Virus record (IMG/VR): IMGVR_UViG_3300050016_000168
Location: 2,432-66,431 of that record
Length of the DNA stretch: 64,000 bases
Strand: one strand, 5' to 3'
DNA from: a virus
The notes under the pieces are model-generated. The model did no database searches. It saw nothing but the letters and a program-made list of their open reading frames with translations, and had not been told where the DNA came from. Positions within the stretch are counted from its first letter, which is position 1. The number at the start of each line of letters is the position of its first letter. Shown here piece by piece: positions 37,681 to 44,688 of the stretch. The position numbers and the translations under genes were made by a program.

Positions 37681-37902
37681 TCATATCGGGGCTCCGAATT
37701 TGAGGTCTGCCTCACGGCGCTCGCGGCAGTCGGCGATGGCTGCCTTCAGGTCGTGCATGCGGATGACGGCGCCTTCCAGGGTCATCACGTGCTCGGCGAG
37801 CTTGCGGCCGGTTTTGTAGCTGTAGATGCTGGCGACCACGGTGGGCTCAGCGTTGGGGTTGCCATCGGGGCGCTTGACGGTGAAAAAGATGCTCGTGCTC
37901 AT
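37681..37902 (-). CDS. Hypothetical protein
   Basis: SD AAGGA before ATG 37902. Confidence 0.55.
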   Translation of the reverse strand: MSTSIFFTVKRPDGNPNAEPTVVASIYSYKTGRKLAEHVMTLEGAVIRMHDLKAAIADCRERREADLKFGAPI

Positions 37903-37922
37903 GGGTACATGGTTCCTTCGCT

Positions 37923-38543
37923 CTAGTGGAGCTTGAATGCGAGTTTGGCCGAGGTCCGCAGGTTGACGTTCCAACACAAACCGCAGTCGGCGCAATTCTT
38001 GCGCTGGCCGGTTTGCTCCGGGCAATGGGCGATGCCGGGGGCATCGGCGAATGTGGGGACGATTTTGGTTACTGGCCAGTCTGACGGGGGCGCCGGCATA
38101 GTTGGGTCGGTCGATGCCCATAGGGTGACGTTGGGAAGCGAGCGCAGGATGTCAAGCGCTGGGAGGATGCTGGCGATTCTCCAGGAGCGCGTATAGCCGT
38201 AGAACGTGAGATCGGGGTGGGTGGCGGCGAGACGGCTCCAGAGTGTTACGTAGCCTGCGCTGACGAAGTCGCCAGAAGTGTGTAGGCGGATGACGGTACC
38301 GGCCGCTAGGACGTCAAGCTCAGCGCTGAGCAAGCGCTCGAGTTTGGCCGGATTCTGGCGCCAAAGTTCTAGGTTGGCCGCGTACTTTCCGGCCACGTTG
38401 GGGAATACGTAGTGACCCTTTTTGGCGTAGCAGACTGCGAAGCAGAATTTGGATTTGCCAGGACATGAGGGTCCAGCTGGGAGATCGAAGTGCCATATGG
38501 TCGGGCCGAGCTTGCGATTGCCGAGCGTTAAGAGTGTGCTCAT
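37923..38543 (-). CDS. GP88-like (radical-SAM-related) protein
   Basis: GNRKLG, SCPG...C...CYA, IRLHTSGDF, YGYTRSW, CADCGLC. Confidence 0.8.
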   Translation of the reverse strand: MSTLLTLGNRKLGPTIWHFDLPAGPSCPGKSKFCFAVCYAKKGHYVFPNVAGKYAANLELWRQNPAKLERLLSAELDVLAAGTVIRLHTSGDFVSAGYVTLWSRLAATHPDLTFYGYTRSWRIASILPALDILRSLPNVTLWASTDPTMPAPPSDWPVTKIVPTFADAPGIAHCPEQTGQRKNCADCGLCWNVNLRTSAKLAFKLH

Positions 38544-38549
38544 GGATGC

Positions 38550-38777
38550 TTAAACCTCCCAAGGGAATTTGATGGCTTGCTGCGCAGACTCGAATCGGTT
38601 GCGCGCGGCCGTGAGCGCTCGCGCAATGTTGACTCGATCGCGGCGCAGAATGTCGCGGTCTACTTCCGGCAGATCGGGCGCGGCCAGGGTGCGGTCGACG
38701 TCGGCGAGGAGCCGATAGAAGTGCTGCATGCGGCCGAGTGCGCGGGCAGACTTTTGGACGTTGCGAATGATGCTCAT
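38550..38777 (-). CDS. Hypothetical protein
   Basis: SD AGGAG. Confidence 0.6.
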   Translation of the reverse strand: MSIIRNVQKSARALGRMQHFYRLLADVDRTLAAPDLPEVDRDILRRDRVNIARALTAARNRFESAQQAIKFPWEV

Positions 38778-38786
38778 GGGATGCTC

Positions 38787-38954
38787 CTATGGCCGGACTG
38801 GCCAGCAGATCGAATGACGGTAAGCGCGCTCACACTGCGCGCAGACCACATACGGCATGTCGTTTAGCCAGAAGCGAACGGTGCGAACGGGGCGCAGGTA
38901 ACCACAGTCCGCGCAGTGGCCAGGATGACGGCGGGCGATTTTGGTTGCGCTCAT
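38787..38954 (-). CDS. Small Zn-finger protein
   Basis: CADCG...CAQC; ATGA coupling. Confidence 0.55.
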   Translation of the reverse strand: MSATKIARRHPGHCADCGYLRPVRTVRFWLNDMPYVVCAQCERAYRHSICWPVRP

Positions 38955-39220
38955 GGCTTGCAGACCGTGCATAGCTGACAGTGGCGATTGGTGGCACCGG
39001 CCGACTGCAGACCGTGCAAACTGGCGTTAGGGTGCCCGCAGTGCTTGCAGCGATCTACGTAGGCATCGATCGCGCGGTACGTGTGGCGGATGTTGAGCAC
39101 ATTGCAAGTTGCCTTGAATGCTCGGCCGTCTTTGTTGTAGCTGCCACGGTCGTGGGGTTGGAGCCCTAAAGCCTGTTCCCTGCGCGCGATGTTTGAAGTT
39201 TGGATGGGCGATCGTGCACG
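38951..39220 (-). CDS. Probable first early gene, start unclear
   Basis: Open frame AFKATCNVLNIRHTYRAID...CKHCGH...CTVCKP whose stop overlaps the next ATG; no canonical start near its 5' end. Confidence 0.4.
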   Translation of the reverse strand, partial: RARSPIQTSNIARREQALGLQPHDRGSYNKDGRAFKATCNVLNIRHTYRAIDAYVDRCKHCGHPNASLHGLQSAGATNRHCQLCTVCKP

Positions 39221-39486
39221 CTAATCGCACTAGCGCTCGTTACTTTTCACTCCCTACTCTGGGGCCCGATCGTACCGGTATCCAATTCTGTGTTTAAGCT
39301 GGGGAGTTTGCTACTGGGGTCTTCAGACTCGCGGAACCTGCTACCGATCTAGTCTCTTTTCATGTAGGGTCTATCCCCGTTTATTGGCTAGCTGCCATCA
39401 GTGGAACCCATTAGAAAGCGCTACCAGATTGGCTCCGATGAGTGGAACCTAACCCGCTCGCTATGAACTTACGATCGACTGTTGCC

Positions 39487-39516
39487 TACACTACACCTAG
39501 GTGTAGTGTATGTCAA
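39487..39516 (-). promoter_or_regulatory. Early leftward promoter overlapped by a perfect 24-bp palindrome
   Basis: TTGACA-17-TAGTGT; TACACTACACCT/AGGTGTAGTGTA at 39487-39510. Confidence 0.8.
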
Positions 39517-39594
39517 TAGCCAAATCAAAGTAGTTGCCAGGCAACCTTTAGTCGCCGGCGGAACCATACCTGGCAGTGAGGACACGAGCGCGCG

Positions 39595-39623
39595 TATCTA
39601 TCACACATTAGGTGTAGTGTCAA
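39595..39623 (-). promoter_or_regulatory. Second leftward promoter with operator motif
   Basis: TTGACA-17-TAGATA; ACTACACCTA abutting -35. Confidence 0.65.
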
Positions 39624-39794
39624 GCTTTATGTGTGTAGGATAGCCAGGCTACATAGAGTAGGTGTCAACCCCTAGTTGACAGGCTACATAGCATGGCCAG
39701 GCTACTAAGCGTAGGTTGGCGAAAAGTTCTCGGACCGATCCTGGGAGGCATGCTTGGTCCTCCACGCTACAAATTCAGAATCTCCAAATCGACC

Positions 39795-39823
39795 TTGACT
39801 CTACACCAGATCTGGACCATAAT
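39795..39823 (+). promoter_or_regulatory. Rightward promoter, leaderless transcript
   Basis: TTGACT-17-CATAAT, CTACACCAG in spacer, GTG 6 nt downstream. Confidence 0.7.
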
Positions 39824-39829
39824 CACTTG

Positions 39830-39955
39830 GTGCTGACGATTCTGGCGGTTTGGCTGCTGTTCGACGTCGCCTTCCTCGCCGGCTGGCTGGTGGGCCACAG
39901 CAAGGGCTGGGCCAAGGGCTACGCTGCCGCGCAGGCGGCCTGGAGACGGCGTTGA
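39830..39955 (+). CDS. 41-aa TM protein
   Basis: Leaderless GTG; hydrophobic N-terminus. Confidence 0.6.
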   Translation: MLTILAVWLLFDVAFLAGWLVGHSKGWAKGYAAAQAAWRRR

Positions 39956-40194
39956 ACCGCTACTTGCGGGACGCGCTGATCCTGGCTCTGATCCCGCTGG
40001 CGGTGATCGCCTTCTCGCTCTTCGAGTGGTGCGGCATTACTTCGGCGCCCTGGCACACAATCTCGTTCTACGCTCAGCAGTACCGCTGGCTGCAGGCGGT
40101 GATCGCCATCCTGCCTGTAGTAGCACTCGTGATCTTCGAGTGGTGGTGGCTGTTCCACCACCTGAACCTGCCCATCCCACGGCTGCCGGGATAG
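39952..40194 (+). CDS. 2-TM membrane protein
   Basis: TTGA coupling; WHTIS motif between helices. Confidence 0.6.
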   Translation: MNRYLRDALILALIPLAVIAFSLFEWCGITSAPWHTISFYAQQYRWLQAVIAILPVVALVIFEWWWLFHHLNLPIPRLPG

Positions 40195-40311
40195 ATGGTC
40201 CCCGCTTGGGCGTTGCTGGTGACGGCAGGAGTTTGCTTTGCGCTCGGAGCGATCTTCACCCTCGTCGTGCTCTGGGTCGTCCAGGGCGGCCTGGCCGGCG
40301 GGTCGGATTGA
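40195..40311 (+). CDS. 38-aa TM peptide (not in ORF track)
   Basis: MVPAWALLVTAGVCFALGAIFTLVVLWVVQGGLAGGSD. Confidence 0.55.
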   Translation: MVPAWALLVTAGVCFALGAIFTLVVLWVVQGGLAGGSD

Positions 40312-40354
40312 ATGGTTATGGACATTGTTCTCGATCCCCGGCTAGCGTCCGGCC

Positions 40355-40444
40355 ATGGAAGATTGCACCTGTATCTGCCACGTCACCGATTCGATCTGCA
40401 CCCGTTGTGCTTGCGAGGACGAAACTGAGGACGAAGAGGTATAG
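40355..40444 (+). CDS. 29-aa Cys-rich acidic peptide (not in ORF track)
   Basis: MEDCTCICHVTDSICTRCACEDETEDEEV; TGGACA-18-TAGCGT then ATG 6 nt later. Confidence 0.5.
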   Translation: MEDCTCICHVTDSICTRCACEDETEDEEV

Positions 40445-40519
40445 GATTCTCTTCGGGTGACCGGCTACCCAGGCCGGTGGATCTGCGATGAAGCGTGAGG
40501 ACCACGCAGAGGAGCACCC

Positions 40520-40888
40520 ATGGGCGTTGAGTTGAGACAGGATGACATTCCGATCGCAATCGCCAGCTGCACCGACAAGCCGATCGTCGAAGCGCGTTTC
40601 CACCTCACCGAAGTGCATTCTTTCCAGGCTTACGGCGACTCCGGGTTCGGTACCGCCAAGAGTGTGATAGTCACCATGACGGCGGCCAAGAGTGGAATCT
40701 TCGGCAAGGCCTCGCCCAACGGCAAGCTGGAGATCCACATCGCCAACCCGGGCGCTTACACGGTCTTCGAGAAAGCTTTCGATGAGGCGGCTCGTCGAGT
40801 CTACGATCCTGACTTCGCGGCGCCCAAGATGGGCTCCAAGCGATTCCGCATCTACATCGTCGAAGACGAGGATCAGGCGCCGGGGTAG
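40520..40888 (+). CDS. Conserved phage hypothetical protein
   Basis: FGKASPNGKLEIHIANP motif; SD GAGGAG. Confidence 0.7.
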   Translation: MGVELRQDDIPIAIASCTDKPIVEARFHLTEVHSFQAYGDSGFGTAKSVIVTMTAAKSGIFGKASPNGKLEIHIANPGAYTVFEKAFDEAARRVYDPDFAAPKMGSKRFRIYIVEDEDQAPG

Positions 40889-40931
40889 ACTCTTGGGGTC
40901 CGGAATTCCACAGCCACCAAGGAGAAAGTTC

Positions 40932-41333
40932 ATGCAGTTTGGCATCAGCATCAACGGCGACTCACCGAAGTCACACAACAAGCTGGAGGCGGCGGTCGAA
41001 GCTTTCCTCGAGGAGCTGAAGGACGTCGAAGGCATAACCGTCAACGTCACCGGCTACACCCACGATCGCACGCAGACCAGGACAATGGGCCGGCTGCCGC
41101 GTGAGGAAGCTCGTGAGGAAGCTGAGGAGAAGGCAGCCGAAGCCAAGCCGAGTCGCGGTAAGGACAAGAAGCCGGCCGCCAACAAGCTCGGTCCGGGCGA
41201 AGAGTGGGACGCCACCGACGCCGCGAGCAAGGAAGCCAAGAAGCGCAAGATCGATATGGCCGAAGTCGAAGGCACCGGTCAGGGTGGAACGGTGACCAAG
41301 ACCGACGTCGAAGAGCACGCCAAAACCGAGTAA
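40932..41333 (+). CDS. Protein with C-terminal E3-binding (PSBD)-like domain
   Basis: ATDAASKEAKKRKIDMAEVEGTGQGGTVTKTDV; SD AAGGAG. Confidence 0.75.
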   Translation: MQFGISINGDSPKSHNKLEAAVEAFLEELKDVEGITVNVTGYTHDRTQTRTMGRLPREEAREEAEEKAAEAKPSRGKDKKPAANKLGPGEEWDATDAASKEAKKRKIDMAEVEGTGQGGTVTKTDVEEHAKTE

Positions 41334-41423
41334 GCTGTTCGTCAGTTCTTGGACCGGCCCGCCGGCACCGAAGCTCCCGAGAGTTCTGCGGCGACAAAGG
41401 AGCAACGAACTGAATCCGCAGAT

Positions 41424-41464
41424 GGGGAGGGCGCCGAGAGCCTCTGGCTCTTAAGCGCTCTCTC
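41424..41464 (+). terminator. Hairpin, probable terminator
   Basis: GGGAGGGCGC-CGAGAGCC-TCT-GGCTCT-TAA-GCGCTCTCTC. Confidence 0.5.
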
Positions 41465-41479
41465 GGCTACTATTTGGCT

Positions 41480-41629
41480 ATGAACCAAATCACATCATTT
41501 GGACTCGGTCGTATCGCTGCTCTCCTCATGCTGGTCGTTCTCTTTCTGGTCCTGATCGGCGTCGTCGCCTTCACCAAGACGATCCTGCTCGTTCTCTTCG
41601 TGCTGATCGCGATCGCCCTCCTGCTCTAG
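41480..41629 (+). CDS. 49-aa 2-TM peptide (not in ORF track)
   Basis: Almost fully hydrophobic; TACTAT 6 nt before ATG. Confidence 0.6.
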   Translation: MNQITSFGLGRIAALLMLVVLFLVLIGVVAFTKTILLVLFVLIAIALLL

Positions 41630-41630
41630 C

Positions 41631-41786
41631 TTGTCGCACAAACGTCGGGACTCCAGTGCTGAGAACCTGGAGTGGATCGCCAAGCGCAACAAGGAGCGTG
41701 AGGAGGCGGCTCGCAAATCGGCCGAACAGCGTCGGGCTCAAAATGTCCCCGGATTTAAGCGGATGACGGTCGAAGACGAGTACTGA
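41631..41786 (+). CDS. 51-aa charged peptide (not in ORF track)
   Basis: TTG 1 nt after previous stop; fills the gap. Confidence 0.45.
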   Translation: MSHKRRDSSAENLEWIAKRNKEREEAARKSAEQRRAQNVPGFKRMTVEDEY

Positions 41787-41804
41787 AACGATAGTATTGG
41801 CGTT

Positions 41805-42293
41805 GTGGGTATCGACCTCACCGGAGCCAACGCCAACGCCGTCTCGCTCGTCCTGGTCGCGCTGATCGTCGGCATCTTCGGATTCGCCGGTCCAATCATC
41901 GTCCAGCGCATCCAGAATTCGCAGCGTCAGAAGGAGCGGCGGGAGGACAAGGCAGACCGGGATGCTGTCGCCCAGCAGGCGCAGGTGGCTGCCGACAAGC
42001 TGGTCACCAGCCAGACCGAAACAGCCGACAAGTTGGTCAAGTCCAACGCCGATGTGGCGGCCAAACTGGTCGAGAATGCTGACGCCACCACACCACTGCT
42101 GCAAGAGATTTCCAAGACCGGGCTGGCCACCCACCAACTGGTCAACAACGACCGCTCGATCGACAAGACCTACATCGCCAAGCTGACTTTGATCATCGCT
42201 CGCCTGCTGCCTGACGACGGGGACGCGCAGGCCGCCGCTCTGGAAGCCGAGAACGACGCTGCCCGCCTGCCCAAGCCGATCGACAAGACGTGA
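41805..42293 (+). CDS. TM plus coiled-coil protein (holin/lysis-accessory-like)
   Basis: N-terminal TM, coiled coil, THQLVN motif. Confidence 0.6.
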   Translation: MGIDLTGANANAVSLVLVALIVGIFGFAGPIIVQRIQNSQRQKERREDKADRDAVAQQAQVAADKLVTSQTETADKLVKSNADVAAKLVENADATTPLLQEISKTGLATHQLVNNDRSIDKTYIAKLTLIIARLLPDDGDAQAAALEAENDAARLPKPIDKT

Positions 42294-42493
42294 CAGTCGT
42301 CGTCCTCAGCTATCCGAATGGGGCCCAAGAAGAGGTTCTGCTGGTGGGGGTCCCACGCGTCGGGGATCACATCCGCCGTCGTCACGCTAACCTCGAATCA
42401 AACGCCCTGGTCGTCGATTCGGTGGTCTGGATAGAGGGCGGCAACGGATCGCCCGAGCCCTCGGTGCTAGTCACCGTCCATACTCACGACTGA
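42290..42493 (+). CDS. Hypothetical protein
   Basis: VPRVGDHI motif; GTGA coupling. Confidence 0.55.
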   Translation: MTVVVLSYPNGAQEEVLLVGVPRVGDHIRRRHANLESNALVVDSVVWIEGGNGSPEPSVLVTVHTHD

Positions 42494-42711
42494 GGATCTT
42501 CTCAGACGCTAGAGCTTGAGTCCAGCTTCAGCCATATTGCCAATCTGGTGGAGGAGGAATTCCGCCGAAGTCTCCTCATGATCGTCGACCAGGGTGATGA
42601 TGTCGGTCAGAGTTTTACGCAGCCGATCACGGTGCGCCAGCAGCATTTCTCGTTCATCTTTCATCGAGCGCATGAGCAGATCGTTTTCCACGCTTAGACT
42701 GTAAAACACCG

Positions 42712-44361
42712 ATGATCGACCTCGCAAACAGCTTCACCCAGCAGCCGGATCCGCTGAGCATCGCGGCCGACATCATGGAGAAGGGTTCGCAGTCCACGGT
42801 CGAGGAGTTCTGCAACGTCGAGCTGCAGGAGGAGCTGTACTCCAAGCAGCGCGAGATCACGTCATCGATTCTGGTCAATCGGCGCACCGCGGTGAAGAGT
42901 TGTCACGCTGCCGGCAAGAGCTACCTCGCCGCGCGCACCGCCGCCTGGTGGATCAAATTTCATCGCCCCGGCGAGGCCTTCGTGGTCTCCACCGCGCCGT
43001 CCAACGACCAGGTCAAGGGTGTTCTCTGGCGAGAGATCAACCGCGTCCACAAGAAGGGACATCTGGCTGGCCGGGTCAACCAGACAGAGTGGTGGATCGA
43101 CGACGAGCTGGTCGCCTTCGGACGCAAGCCGCAGGACCAAGATCCCGGCTCCTTCCAGGGCATCCACGCCCGTTACGTGCTGGTAATAATTGACGAAGCG
43201 TGCTGGGTACCTAAAGATCTCTGGATGGCTGCCGGCTCCTTGGCCGCCAACGAGAACTCACGCATTCTGGCCATCGGCAACCCCGACGACCCAGGCTCTT
43301 ACTTCGCGGAAGTCTGCAAGCCGGGAACCGGCTGGCACGTAATTCGGATCAGCTACCGGGACACACCAAACTTCTCAGACGAACCTGTGGCTCCACTACT
43401 CAAGGAGCTGCTCATCTCCGAGATCTACGTCGATGAGATGCGTCATGAGGTCGGCGAGCAGGGAGCGCCATTCATCTCCAAGTGCGAAGGTGAGTTCCCG
43501 GTCGAGGCCGAAGATGCGGTGGTCTCAGTTTCCAAGCTGATGAGCTGCATGCAGCCCGAGCAGTCGCACACCGCAAAGGAGCTTTCTCCTCACGAGTTGG
43601 GATGGGACGTTGGCGCCGGCGGTGACAAGAGTGTTGTCCGAGAACGTATGGGGATCAAAGTTGGCCGCGTCTGGTATCCCAAAGGTGGCGCCGACACCAT
43701 GCAGCAAGTCGGCAACGTCGTCAACATCATCAATCAGACCAAGGCCACCGCGATTAAGGTGGACACCATCGGCATCGGCCACGGAGCCGCCGACCGGCTC
43801 GATGAACTGCGCCGTGAGGGCAAGCACAACGCCAAGGTGGTGCGCGTCAACGTCTCCGAGAAGTCGACCAAGCCGCTCAAGTACATGCGCCTTCGAGACG
43901 AGATCTGGTGGACGATCGGACATCAGATGATCAACGACGGGGTGCTCGACCTGTACGGCCTGGACGATCCCACAGTGGCGCAACTACTCTCGCCAAAGTA
44001 TCAGCTCGACTCCGGCGGACGGATCAACATCGAGGACAAGAAGGACACCAAGGCTCGGCTGGGCCGCTCCCCCGACGACGCCGACGCGCTGCTGCTCGCC
44101 TTCTACCACGGTTTCGGTCAGGGTCAGGCCTTTCAAGAGGCCTGGCGCAAGCAGACCGCGAAGGCGCTTGGGGCCCACCCCAACCAGACCCCAGCCGCCA
44201 GCGATAATCTATCGATCTCGCACCCGTCTCCCGTCTTCAGCCTCATGAAGAGGCCCCGCCGCGTTCCACAGCAGATCAGCACCAGAACCTCCTGCGAGCA
44301 TCGCTTTCGCGGTCCGGCTGTTGGAGATACGTGCGTTTTCTGCGGTACGGGCAGACAATGA
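42712..44361 (+). CDS. terL: Terminase large subunit
   Basis: KSCHAAGKS, IIDEA, AIGNP, GWDVG..GD, VDTIGIG, SPDDADA. Confidence 0.92.
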   Translation: MIDLANSFTQQPDPLSIAADIMEKGSQSTVEEFCNVELQEELYSKQREITSSILVNRRTAVKSCHAAGKSYLAARTAAWWIKFHRPGEAFVVSTAPSNDQVKGVLWREINRVHKKGHLAGRVNQTEWWIDDELVAFGRKPQDQDPGSFQGIHARYVLVIIDEACWVPKDLWMAAGSLAANENSRILAIGNPDDPGSYFAEVCKPGTGWHVIRISYRDTPNFSDEPVAPLLKELLISEIYVDEMRHEVGEQGAPFISKCEGEFPVEAEDAVVSVSKLMSCMQPEQSHTAKELSPHELGWDVGAGGDKSVVRERMGIKVGRVWYPKGGADTMQQVGNVVNIINQTKATAIKVDTIGIGHGAADRLDELRREGKHNAKVVRVNVSEKSTKPLKYMRLRDEIWWTIGHQMINDGVLDLYGLDDPTVAQLLSPKYQLDSGGRINIEDKKDTKARLGRSPDDADALLLAFYHGFGQGQAFQEAWRKQTAKALGAHPNQTPAASDNLSISHPSPVFSLMKRPRRVPQQISTRTSCEHRFRGPAVGDTCVFCGTGRQ

Positions 44362-44688
44362 GCGTCGTACGTGGGCGCCAAGTGCTTCATGGTCGAGAGG
44401 ATCATGGATTGCTGGTTAGAAGGTGGAGGTCAGCGTGTCGGTGCGATGGTCTGGGCTTGGCATGAGTACGAGGCGTACGACACTCAACACCGGCCGTTTC
44501 CCCACCTCATGGTCATGACTCCAGCAGGTCTTGTCTGTATGGATTGCCCAGAGACGGATCCTCCTCACAGCTATTGGGTGCGGGACGGCGAGCTGCCAAA
44601 TGTGACCGTCTCCCCGTCGCTCAACGTCAACGAAGGTAACCCGGGAGCGTGGCACGGCTGGCTGATTGGGGGAGAATTGACACCGTAG
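44358..44688 (+). CDS. Hypothetical protein (DUF6527-like); start at 44358-44371 uncertain
   Basis: TVSPSLN....WHGWL..GEL. Confidence 0.55.

Noticed and set aside
39383-39449. Hammerhead ribozyme or CRISPR mini-array in the early leader
   Set aside because: Core reads CUGAUGG or CUCAUCG rather than CUGANGA; only two degenerate units, no spacer periodicity, no cas operon
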